A stretch of DNA of 64,000 nucleotides. Source: Nannocystales bacterium (GTDB lineage: Bacteria; Myxococcota_A; Polyangia; Nannocystales; Nannocystaceae). How positions within the stretch are numbered: position 1 is the stretch's first letter; every line of letters begins with the position of its first letter. The stretch lies in the NCBI GenBank assembly GCA_050633305.1, contig JBOEGF010000018.1, positions 256,001-320,000 of the forward strand, read 5' to 3'. A model generated the notes under the pieces. That model had not been told where the DNA came from, did no database searches, and saw only the letters and a list, made by a program, of their open reading frames with translations. Below are positions 30,238-41,265 of the stretch, in pieces. Position numbers and translations under genes: made by a program.

Positions 30238-31863
30238 TTATGGGGCGATGCGAGCGACCCAGGCATCGCGGGTCCCGCTAGGACCTGTCAGGGCACCGGT
30301 GATGGCGATCGAGTTGTCCTCGAGCACGGTGACGTCTTGGACGGTGTCCGCACCTTGGTCGGCATCGCCCGCGTAGGTCTGTGCCCAAAGGCGGGTTCCG
30401 GCGGAGTCGTACTTCACGATGAGGCCATCGAAATCCCAGTCGAGGACAGGCCCAGAGCGGAGCGACCCAACGATGAAGACGTTGCCCTCGGAGTCGATCG
30501 CCGTCGCTCTGACGATCACGGTGTCATCACCGGGGTGGTCGTAGAGCGTGTCCCAAGCCAGCGACCCGTCGGTATTGAAGCTGGAGATCAGGACCTGATT
30601 GTCCGCGCTGCCAGAGGTGGTATTCGCTGCGACGAACTGCTCTGCACCATTGATCGCGACGGAGGACTCGACCCACTGGGAGAGGTCTCCACTGGGCGGA
30701 AGGTCGTAGAAGGTCCGGTACTCGAGGGTCCCCGTGGCCGTGAATCGTGAGAGCGTGGCTTCGAGCCCCGCCCCGACGTCGACCGCACCGATCACGATGA
30801 CGCTGTCGTCACCCGCGGCCAGGACGCCGCCGTCGTAGATCGCCAAGTTGGAGGGACTGAAGTGGGTCTGGGTGCCCGTGTTGTCCACAACGAACCACTG
30901 CGTGGGGTCGAGCGAGTTGTCTCGGTGCAGGTAGATGCCGCCTCCATCGGGACGCCGCACGACGTCGGTCGCGTCGATGGCCTCGACGCTCCAATCGATG
31001 AAGTGGTCCCCCGAGTATGCGAACACATCGTCGGGATTGGTGGTGAAGCTCGTCGAGATCCAGCTGAGCAGGTAGCCCCCACTCGGATCGATGCTTTGGA
31101 CCCCAAGGTCGACGGAGTTGGGAGCGCTGTTGATGTGGACCTCTTCGCCTAGAGGACTCCCGTCGAGGGTGTAGTCGGTGAGGAGGAGCTGCTGGGTGAA
31201 CTCCGTGGGCTCGGACCGGCGGCCGACACGAATCGAACCATCGTCGAGGGCGGCGATCGAGTACCCAATGTCGTCGGACTTTGCACCGATGGAGGTTTCT
31301 GTGACCTCCCACAGCGTTGCGCCCGAAACGACGCAGTCGATGTTGCAGCCGTTGCCGTTGACCGCATCACCATCGTCACACGCTTCGAACTCGGCGTCGG
31401 TGTTCCCATCGCCGCAATACGCGCCCTGAGCTTCGCATCCGGCGGCACAGAAGCCATAAGACCCGTTGTCGTCTCCGTCGTCGCAGAGCTCGTCTCCGTC
31501 AACCTGACCATCACCGCAGACGGGATCGGCCCCCGTGGTGTCGTCCCCGGTGGTTTCGTCCCCAGTGGTTTCGTCCCCAGTGGTTTCGTCCCCCGTGGTG
31601 TCGGCCCCCGTGGTGTCGGCCCCCGTGGTGTCGGCCCCCGTGGTGTCGCCCCCTGTGGTGTCAGCGCCAGTGGTGTCAGCGCCAGTGGTGTCAGCGCCAG
31701 TGGTGTCAGCGCCGGTGGGGTCGTCGTCGGTGGGGGCGTCGGTGGGGTCCGCGTCCGAGGAAGTCGACCCCGTGCTGCCCTCGTCGGTGTCAGTCGAGGA
31801 TGCTGGATCTGCGTCACAGGCCAGAAGCAGAAGCGGCAGCAAGCAGGCGAGGTCTCTCGTCAT
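30238..31863 (-). CDS. Surface lipoprotein with TTGAD repeats, Myxococcus Cys-rich repeats and a probable beta-propeller
   Basis: Lipobox LLAC; CGDGQVDGDELCDDG and CGDGNTDAEFEACDDG; AIDSEGNVFIVG...IVKYDSAGTRLW (SBBP-like blades). Confidence 0.85.
   Translation of the reverse strand: MTRDLACLLPLLLLACDADPASSTDTDEGSTGSTSSDADPTDAPTDDDPTGADTTGADTTGADTTGADTTGGDTTGADTTGADTTGADTTGDETTGDETTGDETTGDDTTGADPVCGDGQVDGDELCDDGDDNGSYGFCAAGCEAQGAYCGDGNTDAEFEACDDGDAVNGNGCNIDCVVSGATLWEVTETSIGAKSDDIGYSIAALDDGSIRVGRRSEPTEFTQQLLLTDYTLDGSPLGEEVHINSAPNSVDLGVQSIDPSGGYLLSWISTSFTTNPDDVFAYSGDHFIDWSVEAIDATDVVRRPDGGGIYLHRDNSLDPTQWFVVDNTGTQTHFSPSNLAIYDGGVLAAGDDSVIVIGAVDVGAGLEATLSRFTATGTLEYRTFYDLPPSGDLSQWVESSVAINGAEQFVAANTTSGSADNQVLISSFNTDGSLAWDTLYDHPGDDTVIVRATAIDSEGNVFIVGSLRSGPVLDWDFDGLIVKYDSAGTRLWAQTYAGDADQGADTVQDVTVLEDNSIAITGALTGPSGTRDAWVARIAP
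31525..31719. repeat. Coding 15-bp tandem repeat, 13 units encoding (T/P)TG(A/G/D)(D/E)
   Basis: Sub-blocks on + strand: TCGGCCCCCGTGGTG, TCAGCGCCAGTGGTG, TCGTCCCCAGTGGTT. Confidence 0.95.
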
Positions 31864-31925
31864 CGCGGGCCCTGTCGGCCACCGCGGCTCGGCGTTGCAG
31901 AAAAAAGCGACCGCCGGTCAAAAAA

Positions 31926-32528
31926 CTACAGCGCAGCCCACGCGACGGCCGGGAACCCGGATGTCCCGGCCTCGTCGTAGTAGTTCTCTAGAGCCACTTT
32001 GAAGGCGTTTCCAGAGCCGGTGACCACGACGTAGGTCTGGGCGTGCGGCGTCAGAACGTGGGTCATGAAATTGTAGTCGTACCAATCGCGAAACGCGTAG
32101 TCGGGGTCTTCGTTGTCGTCGTCGCCATCGGGCTCGTCCACGACGAAACCAGTGTCCGGGATTCCGGCCACATCGTCGAAGGCCTCAGAGACCAGCGCGA
32201 CCTCGGAGCCCGCGGCCCCCGAGACGCCGCCGTTGGTCGCGATGTGAAATCGCCGGAAGGCGAGATCCCATTGTGCGTCCTCGGCGGGATCGTCCACCTC
32301 GACCTCGGCACCGGTTTCGAGGTCGAAGTACACCCAGAGAACCTCGTCGGTGGCGTCGACCGTGCTGAGCTGACCGCCGCCGTCCCGAGGTTCGTTGATC
32401 GTGTGCGGTCCGACCCTCCCCTGAGCCGGAGGTTCCACGGCGTCGCCGCCGAGCTCATCATCGAGGTCGCCGGCGCAGGCGAGGGGGCACAGGAGGGCGG
32501 CGAGGAGTAGACGCGGAGGGAGAGACAT
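31926..32528 (-). CDS. hmuY: HmuY family heme-binding lipoprotein
   Basis: Lipobox PLAC; VDAT...WVYFDLETG; WDLAFRRFHIATNGGVSG; WYDYNFMTHVLTP; YVVVTGSGNAFKV....YYDEAGTSG. Confidence 0.85.
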   Translation of the reverse strand: MSLPPRLLLAALLCPLACAGDLDDELGGDAVEPPAQGRVGPHTINEPRDGGGQLSTVDATDEVLWVYFDLETGAEVEVDDPAEDAQWDLAFRRFHIATNGGVSGAAGSEVALVSEAFDDVAGIPDTGFVVDEPDGDDDNEDPDYAFRDWYDYNFMTHVLTPHAQTYVVVTGSGNAFKVALENYYDEAGTSGFPAVAWAAL

Positions 32529-32542
32529 GAGGTTTCCTTGGG

Positions 32543-34713
<2,171 letters not shown>

Positions 34714-34717
<4 letters not shown>

Positions 34718-36261
34718 CCTCGCCTCCGAAACAAGGCGAGGGCGACCAGTCCTGACCACAGCCCGAACGGGGCCGAGGGCGGCGTCTCGCTGCGGCAGCT
34801 ACAGCCTCCGGTGTCGTCTTGGACGGAGGGAGCGTCGTCGGTGTCGGTTGAGGTCTGCGAGTCAGTCGTCGTTCCGGAGGAGACACCACCACCTTCCGAT
34901 GTCGTGCCGCCGTCGGAGGGGTCGGCGCCTGTCTCGTCCTCTCCGCCCGAGCTGGTGCCGTCGGTCTCTGTGTCTTCGGGTACGTCAGGGCATGCGCTGT
35001 CGTCCGGATCGCTGCCGATACAGAGGTTCGCCCGCGCCGGGCCATCCGCGATGATCGACAGCGCGCCGACGACCCAGTAGCCACCTGCGGGAAGGTCCTC
35101 GAAGATTCGCTGCGCCTGGGGTTCGGGGCTTGTCCAGGTTGCGATGGCGTCGCCGACCGCACCGTCCATCGCAAAGTCCCCGACCGGGTGCAGCGAGAAG
35201 GCGACGTCGGGCAGCCCATCGTCGGCGACAAACCAGGCATCTCCGCCGGGGTGGTGCAGGTTGAAGTAGCTCGCGGCCAAGGGGTAGAAGCGGGCATCAA
35301 GCGCGAGAACTTCTGCGGTGGCGTCCGCATCGATCCCCTCGAGCGCGCCCGCGTAGGGGTGACTCTGTGCCACGCCGGCGCGGCGGCCTGTCGCGAGGTT
35401 GTAGCGTGCGAAGGTTGCCCATGCGGTCTCGAGGTCGTCACCTCGTGCGGCCAGGAGCGATTCGAAGCGCAGCTGTGGTGCGTCGGCATCCTCATCGAGC
35501 GCCTCCAGGAAGTCGACGATGAGACCTGTGTCGTGTCGCGACGAGAGGAAGTCAAACCACAGCGCAGTGCCGTAGGCGAAGGAGGGGACCGGGCCGCCGG
35601 GGGGTTGGTAGACGGGTCGCCCGGGGTCTGCGAGGAGTCCGTTGCACAGCCGAACAAAGTCCGCGGACTCCGGGTCGAACTGACGCTCCGCCCAGGTGGC
35701 GGTCCCCTCCGAGACCCAGTCGGGCAGGAAGTTGTAGGCCGCCTGTACGCCGTGAAAACTCTCGTGCGAGGTCACGGTTGTGATGCCCTCTTCGAGCGTC
35801 GCGTACCCGTACCCCAAGAAGTCGTTCTCGACCACGTAGAACCCCGCACAGCCCGCGTTTCCGCAACCGTCCACCCCGAATCGGCCATCGGCCGCGCCTC
35901 CGAAGTCGATCAGGTAGACGTCGTAGGCTGGGCTCCCGCCGAGCTCCTCCTCGATGGCGCTCTCTGGGACGGGCGGACGAAAACCGAGCGATACGAAGAG
36001 CTCGATCGACTCCGCCGTGCGCTCCGCCACATCCTGCGCGAAGTCGGGGACGCCGTCCTCGTCGAGGTCCTCCAATCGCGTGGCGTTGGGCCCCGATGTG
36101 CTGAAGTGAACACGAACCGTGGACGTGGCCTCTTCCCACGATTCGACCGTGTCGGCGGCATCAAACGACCACAGACCGCCCTGGGTTGGGCGGTCCTCGG
36201 CGAAGGCCGGTCGCGACAGCAGCAGCGCTCCAGTCGCGACGATGGTAGCGGTGCTCCTCAT
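34714..36261 (-). CDS. MXAN_6640-like putative zinc metalloprotease with MYXO-CTERM anchor
   Basis: Signal peptide ending AFA; VRVHFS..GPNA...D.D.DGVPD; YDVYLID; VVENDF; HESFHGVQ (HExxH) plus WVSEGTATW; C-terminus GGCSC...LVALALFRRRG. Confidence 0.82.
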
Positions 36262-37214
36262 CAGTCGAGGAAGGACCAGCGCCACGTGAAGTTGGCGCTT
36301 CCAGAGCCCATGGCCCCGGTCTCGTTGCAGCCGGTCTGACCGCTCTCGTAGTACGAATCGACCATGAACTTCACGTGCCGACCGTCGTCGAGTTCGATCG
36401 CGAACGGGACGTAGGTCACCCCGACACACCCCGGATAGAACCACCACGGCGTGAGGGCGTAGTTCGCCCCTCCCGCGCCAGAGCCATCGTCGATGATGGA
36501 GCAGCTGTTGTCGTAGAAGGCTTCGCTACGGAATGTGGCGTCGTCGGGCACCGTTTCAACATCCGCGTAGTCTCCTTCGAGCGTCGCGACGGAGACACAA
36601 CCAGGTCCGCTGGAGCCGCTGTTGAGACGGAGTCCGAAGCGCTTCGCTGCGATGTGCCAATCCGCCGAAGTCAGGGCCTCGAGGTCGTCCAGCTCCACCT
36701 TTTCGAGCCCGTCGTCGGTGAATCGCAGGTAGGTCCAGGGGTTGCTCGGCGCGTCGACGATCCCACCCGCTGTGGCATCAACAGTGGTGATCCATCCGCC
36801 GCCATCGGCCGTGTTCCCGACCGCGCCGGCGCTGACGGTTCCGCTGACGAGGCCAAGGTCGAGAATCATCTCGTCTTCGCAGGGCACGCCGCCTTCGCAG
36901 TCGGTGGCGCCCGTGGTCTCGGTGTCTGACGGATCGGAGGTCGGGTCGGTTGTCTCGCCGTCGCTGTCCGAGGCGGAACCGGTGGTGCTGGTTTCACCGC
37001 CGCTTGGGTCCGTCGTGGGATCGGTGGTGGGTCCGGACGAGGGGTTGCCCGTGGGGTCCGTCGTGGGTGCCGTGCCCTCGGTCCCGGAGGTGTCTGCATC
37101 CGTCGTCCCACCACTGGACTCGCCGCCCTCCTGTGGAGTGCTGTCGTCGTCGCATCCGGTCAGCGGGATGAGCAGGGAGAAGGAAAGAAGGACGGAGAAT
37201 CTTGAACTCTTCAT
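36261..37214 (-). CDS. HmuY-like lipoprotein with long low-complexity linker
   Basis: Lipobox LTGC; T/S/D/G/P linker of about 80 aa; VDATAGG...PWTYLRF; DWHIAAKRFGLRLNSGSSGPG; GRHVKFMVDSYY. Confidence 0.75.
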   Translation of the reverse strand: MKSSRFSVLLSFSLLIPLTGCDDDSTPQEGGESSGGTTDADTSGTEGTAPTTDPTGNPSSGPTTDPTTDPSGGETSTTGSASDSDGETTDPTSDPSDTETTGATDCEGGVPCEDEMILDLGLVSGTVSAGAVGNTADGGGWITTVDATAGGIVDAPSNPWTYLRFTDDGLEKVELDDLEALTSADWHIAAKRFGLRLNSGSSGPGCVSVATLEGDYADVETVPDDATFRSEAFYDNSCSIIDDGSGAGGANYALTPWWFYPGCVGVTYVPFAIELDDGRHVKFMVDSYYESGQTGCNETGAMGSGSANFTWRWSFLD

Positions 37215-37480
37215 GGGGATGGGGTCGCGGGGTCGGGTTGAGCAGTCGTCGCGACATCGCGGTCGGGGCTGCAGCTGGCGCCGTGTTCCCCAGCGCAGTG
37301 GAACTGCGTGCCTCGGCAGCGTGCTGACCAGCTCGTCTCGCTCCAGCCGACCGAGACTTCGTCGATCTGGATCTCGTTGGGTGCGCATCCGATGGCTGGC
37401 GAGGAGGCACGGGCTAGGTCGGCGGCACACCCGCAGGCGAACAGCGCCAGTGCAGCAGCAGTCAAGCGAGCGAGTCGCAT
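37211..37480 (-). CDS. Small Cys-rich lipoprotein (89 aa)
   Basis: MRLARLTAAALALFACGC; four further Cys; ATGA overlap with the next gene; directly downstream of the Fur-like box. Confidence 0.7.
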   Translation of the reverse strand: MRLARLTAAALALFACGCAADLARASSPAIGCAPNEIQIDEVSVGWSETSWSARCRGTQFHCAGEHGASCSPDRDVATTAQPDPATPSP

Positions 37481-37487
37481 GGCCTGT

Positions 37488-37505
37488 TAATGAAATTGAT
37501 TTTCA
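37488..37505. promoter_or_regulatory. Fur-box-like operator 1
   Basis: TAATGAAATTGATTTTCA, an AT-rich 7-1-7 dyad in GC-rich DNA; lies downstream of the -35 TTGACT (37515-37510, minus) and overlaps the putative -10 of the hmuY operon. Confidence 0.8.
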
Positions 37506-37561
37506 GTTAAGTCAACATGTGGTTCGGGCGATGGTGAGGCCTCGAATGTGAGTTCCAATTG

Positions 37562-37578
37562 TTGATTTCGACATTCAA
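37562..37578. promoter_or_regulatory. Degenerate Fur-like box overlapping the -35 of the Kelch gene
   Basis: TTGATTTCGACATTCAA (TGA-N9-TCA dyad); TTGATT begins 35 nt before ATG 37597. Confidence 0.45.
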
Positions 37579-37596
37579 GTGCGTTTGGTTGAAAGG

Positions 37597-39612
37597 ATGG
37601 GCATTCGCTCTCTCCTGCTCCTCTCTGGGCTCTCGCTCGCCTGCTCCACCTCCACGCCAGACCGGTCGAGCGTGCCGCCGACCGCTGTGGAGGCGCCGCC
37701 CGAGGCACTCGCGGCCGAACTCCTGCCCACCACGATCGAGGCCAACGTTCCGGTGCTGCCGCAGGGACTCACGTCGTTCGGAAGCGTGGAACACGAGGGG
37801 ATCCTCTACGTGCTCGGCGGGTACTCGGGCATGCCGCACGCTTACTCGGCGAAGGATCAACACGGCGACCTCTTGGCGTACGACGGGTCGGCCGACCCGG
37901 GTCGGCAGTGGTCGGTGGTGGGGAAGGTCCCGCCGGTTCAAGGCGCGGCGTTGGTCTCTCATCCCAGGGGCCTCGTCCGGGTGGGCGGCATGCGAGCGAT
38001 GAACCCCACGATGGCCACGAAGAGCGAGCTTGTGTCGGTGGACGTCGTTCAACGATTCGATGTTGCGCAAGGAACGTGGTCCAACCTTCCCGCGCTGCCC
38101 GAAGGACGCAGCTCCCACGACGCTGTGGTCCTGGGCGACACGCTCTACGTCGTCGGAGGCTGGCAACTCGACCACGAAGCGAAGGACGGTGCATGGCCTG
38201 CAGAGATGTTCTCCCTAGACCTGTCCAAGGATGATGCTCAGTGGTCTCGGTCTCCGACGCCGTTCGCTCGCCGGGCGCTCGCGGTTGCCGCGGCTGGCGG
38301 GAAACTCTACGTCCTGGGCGGGATGGGATCCGACCGCGAAATCTCGCAGCACGTTGAGGTGTATGATCCCGCGACGGGGTCCTGGACCAGGGCGGCCGAC
38401 TTCCCCGGGCAGGGGTTTGGGATGGCGGCCGTCGGCTCCGGCGGCGCGGTGTTCGCGAGTGGTTCTGATGGGGTCGTCCATCGGCTCGACGCCGAGAAAG
38501 GAACGTGGAGCGCGGCCTCGACGATGGCGCTTCCACGCTTCTTCCACCGCCTGATCGCGTCCGCAGATGGCACCGTGTGGGCGCTGGGGGGGATTCGCCC
38601 CTCGGCTTCGGGGACGCGTGTGCGACTCGGAGAGCCGGTTGCGGGAGAGCGAGTGTCGCAGGCGATCTCGTTGCGGCTTCCGTCCCCGATGCCCAGCAAG
38701 AACCGCCAAGGTGCGGCCGTGCTTGGAGATGGTGTGTACTTCTTCGGCGGGAACAACAGTCTCGGCCAGCACGACTTTGCGCCTCAGAACTTCACTGCCG
38801 ACGCGTTTCGGTTCGACCTTGCGACGCTGAAGTGGACGGAGATCGCTGACTACCCGCAAGCGCGTCAAACCATGTCGGTCGCGACACACATGGGGGAGAT
38901 CTATGCGTTCGGAGGTTTCGGGCATGACGGTGAAGTCGCGCGGAGCCATCCCGAAGTGTTCGTCTACTCCCCGGAGGACGATCGCTGGGCACCCGCTGAC
39001 GGGTCGTTGCCTGGGCCTGGGGGACGGACTCAGTTTGGCTTGGCCAACGCGGAAGGGAAGTGGTGGGTCTTCGGCGGTCTCGACTACGATCCAAGCCGCG
39101 CCAAGGGAGATCAGTTTCGGCACGAACAGCCGATTCTGTCCGCGCCCGTTGCACTCGCCGACGGGTTTTCGCCCAGCGGCGCGTCGCTTACGGCGCCCCG
39201 GCGCGCCTTCGCGGGTGCCAAGTTTGGGGAGCAGTACGTTGTCGTCGGCGGCATGAAGGATGGGTTCGCGCTGGTCGATACGTGCGAGGCGTTTGAGTTC
39301 GCGAAGGCAACGTGGAGCGCATTTCCGTGCCCCTCGACGCAGCGTCTGTCCGGGCATCTGATCGGGGTAGGCGATCGGCTCGCGCTGATCGCGGGTTCGT
39401 CGAAGGGCGCCGATGGAAAGTTGGTTCCGGATGCGACCATCGAGGTGTTCGAGCCGTCGACCGGGTCGTGGCGGACGGCGGGCGCGGAACTGACGCTGCC
39501 CCCGAAACACCTGCACGCGTTCGCTTGGAACGAGGCTGCTCTGTTGGTGAGCGCGCACAACGACGCGGGGATGCTCGATGTCGTCGTTCTCCGCGCTGAA
39601 GCAATTCAGTGA
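37597..39612 (+). CDS. Kelch-repeat lipoprotein, probably two beta-propellers
   Basis: Lipobox SLAC; about 11-12 repeats of the type LYVLGG...YD....W (LYVLGGY, LYVVGGW, LYVLGGM, VYFFGGN, IYAFGGF, WWVFGGL). Confidence 0.88.
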   Translation: MGIRSLLLLSGLSLACSTSTPDRSSVPPTAVEAPPEALAAELLPTTIEANVPVLPQGLTSFGSVEHEGILYVLGGYSGMPHAYSAKDQHGDLLAYDGSADPGRQWSVVGKVPPVQGAALVSHPRGLVRVGGMRAMNPTMATKSELVSVDVVQRFDVAQGTWSNLPALPEGRSSHDAVVLGDTLYVVGGWQLDHEAKDGAWPAEMFSLDLSKDDAQWSRSPTPFARRALAVAAAGGKLYVLGGMGSDREISQHVEVYDPATGSWTRAADFPGQGFGMAAVGSGGAVFASGSDGVVHRLDAEKGTWSAASTMALPRFFHRLIASADGTVWALGGIRPSASGTRVRLGEPVAGERVSQAISLRLPSPMPSKNRQGAAVLGDGVYFFGGNNSLGQHDFAPQNFTADAFRFDLATLKWTEIADYPQARQTMSVATHMGEIYAFGGFGHDGEVARSHPEVFVYSPEDDRWAPADGSLPGPGGRTQFGLANAEGKWWVFGGLDYDPSRAKGDQFRHEQPILSAPVALADGFSPSGASLTAPRRAFAGAKFGEQYVVVGGMKDGFALVDTCEAFEFAKATWSAFPCPSTQRLSGHLIGVGDRLALIAGSSKGADGKLVPDATIEVFEPSTGSWRTAGAELTLPPKHLHAFAWNEAALLVSAHNDAGMLDVVVLRAEAIQ

Positions 39613-39626
39613 AAGGAGCGTTCAAA

Positions 39627-39646
39627 ATGGGGCGTGAGCGCCCCAT
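39627..39646. terminator. Hairpin after the Kelch gene
   Basis: ATGGGGCG-TGAG-CGCCCCAT perfect 8-bp stem; no adjacent U-tract on +. Confidence 0.45.
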
Positions 39647-39679
39647 GAGTGCCAGCGTTGGCTCACGAATTCCTTTTGG

Positions 39680-39697
39680 TAATGATATTGATTTTCA
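39680..39697. promoter_or_regulatory. Fur-box-like operator 2
   Basis: TAATGATATTGATTTTCA, 17/18 identical to operator 1; overlaps the putative -35 TTGATT of the imelysin operon. Confidence 0.82.
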
Positions 39698-39722
39698 AAA
39701 CTGAAGCGGGCATACAGCCGGT

Positions 39723-41264
39723 ATGTCTATCGCTTCCCGATGGTCTTCCGGCTTGCTGCTGTCCCTCTCGATCGGCCTGAGCGGCTGTGGCTCGGACGAC
39801 GCGGCCGCCGACACGGAGAACGCCTCTGGCACGGAGGACGCCTCTGGCACGGAGACAAGCTCCGACACGGACGCTGACTCCGACACGGAGACGGACTCCG
39901 GTGAGGCGGTCGTGCACGACCTCGACTTGATGCGTCAGGTCCTCGAAACCAACGCGGACATTGCGTTTGCTGCCTACTCCGACTCTGTCGCGACCGCCGT
40001 TCTACTTCAGACCGCGATCGATACCCTCGTCGCCGACCCCACCGACGCCAACCTCGAAGCGGCGCGCGACGCTTGGCTCGTTGCGCGGGAGCCCTACGGC
40101 CAGACAGAGGTCTACCGTTTCCGCGCGAGTCCCATCGACGACTCCAACTACGACGCGGGGGACGGCGAAGACGGCCCCGAAGGTGACATCAACGCATGGC
40201 CGTTGGGCGAAGGTCTCATCGACTACGTCGTGACCGGGACGGACTTTGGTGACGACCAGGTTGGTGTCACCGACCACGCGACGGGCGTCAACGACCCGAT
40301 CCCCGACAACAACATCATCAACTCGCCGAACATCGTCATCGATGCTGCGTTGCTGGCCAACACCGCGACGGCAGACGACGAGCACGATGTCATCGCTGGA
40401 TACCACGCGATCGAGTTCCTGCTTTGGGGTCAAGATCTCAACTCCGACGGCAGCGCCGACACCGTCGACAGTCGAGACTCGAGCGCCGGGCAACGGCCGG
40501 TCACCGACTTCGCTTCGGACGAGACCTGCACCAGCGGCGAGACAGTCAACGCGGATCCTGACCCCTGCAACCGCCGTGGCCTGTACCTACAGGTCGCCGT
40601 GGCCAAGCTCATCGCCGATCTCGAAGGGGTTCGCGATGGCTGGGCGACCGGCGCGGACTACCGAGTCGCGTTCACGACCGTCGACGACGAGGACGCGGCC
40701 AAGGGCAAGCTACTGGAGATCCTGGTGGGCATGGGTACGCTTTCCGAAGGCGAACTCGCGGGGGAGCGCATGCAGATCTCGCTTTCTGCGAACTCTCAGG
40801 AGGACGAACACTCGTGCTTCTCGGACAACACCCACCGCGACATCTGGCTCAACGCTGAGGGAGTCTCCAACGCCTACCGGGGCGAGTACGCTGGGTACGA
40901 CAGCACGCTCGACGGAAGCGACGATCAGACCGGAAGTGCCGTCGACGGTTACGGAATCGACGACTACCTCACCGATCTCGGCCTCACCGAGGTCGAGGCT
41001 GACGCGTCCGCCGCTCTGGCCACGACCGAGTCCAACTATGGCGCGATCGACTCGTCGGCACGCGGTGGTACGCCGGTCGACCAGATGATCTTGGACGCGA
41101 CCGCTGATGCGGCGCAGCCCATGCGGGACACCATCGTCTCGCTCAACGCCCAGTCGGCTCAGGTCGCAAATATCGCGGTTGCCCTCGAGGTCGGCAGCCC
41201 TGACGATGTCGTCGACCCCGATGCCTCGGAATGCGACACGACGGACCCGACCGTCGAATGCTGA
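39723..41264 (+). CDS. Imelysin family (IrpA/M75) iron-regulated lipoprotein
   Basis: Lipobox LSGC; AR.AW..AR.PYGQTEVYRF; INAWPL.EGLIDYV; GYHAIEFLLWGQD (GxHxxE); GELAGERM; EDEHSCFSDNTH. Confidence 0.93.
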   Translation: MSIASRWSSGLLLSLSIGLSGCGSDDAAADTENASGTEDASGTETSSDTDADSDTETDSGEAVVHDLDLMRQVLETNADIAFAAYSDSVATAVLLQTAIDTLVADPTDANLEAARDAWLVAREPYGQTEVYRFRASPIDDSNYDAGDGEDGPEGDINAWPLGEGLIDYVVTGTDFGDDQVGVTDHATGVNDPIPDNNIINSPNIVIDAALLANTATADDEHDVIAGYHAIEFLLWGQDLNSDGSADTVDSRDSSAGQRPVTDFASDETCTSGETVNADPDPCNRRGLYLQVAVAKLIADLEGVRDGWATGADYRVAFTTVDDEDAAKGKLLEILVGMGTLSEGELAGERMQISLSANSQEDEHSCFSDNTHRDIWLNAEGVSNAYRGEYAGYDSTLDGSDDQTGSAVDGYGIDDYLTDLGLTEVEADASAALATTESNYGAIDSSARGGTPVDQMILDATADAAQPMRDTIVSLNAQSAQVANIAVALEVGSPDDVVDPDASECDTTDPTVEC

Positions 41265-41265
41265 G

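Noticed and set aside
31525..31719. Repeat array considered as a possible CRISPR
   Set aside because: Contiguous 15-bp in-frame coding units without spacers; no cas genes
31901..31925. T6-GACC-GGC-GGTC-GC-T6 after the hmuY stop (minus strand) as a terminator
   Set aside because: The stem is only 4-5 bp, too weak to call, although the T-tracts are unusual for this DNA
37211..37480. Small Trp/Cys protein as a TTQ (MauA-like) substrate or RiPP precursor for the MauG-like enzyme
   Set aside because: Too short, lacks the MADH light-chain Cys/Trp pattern and Tat signal, and sits in a different operon
39813..39856. 18-bp direct repeat in the imelysin linker (TENASG/TEDASG)
   Set aside because: Ordinary duplication in a low-complexity lipoprotein tether
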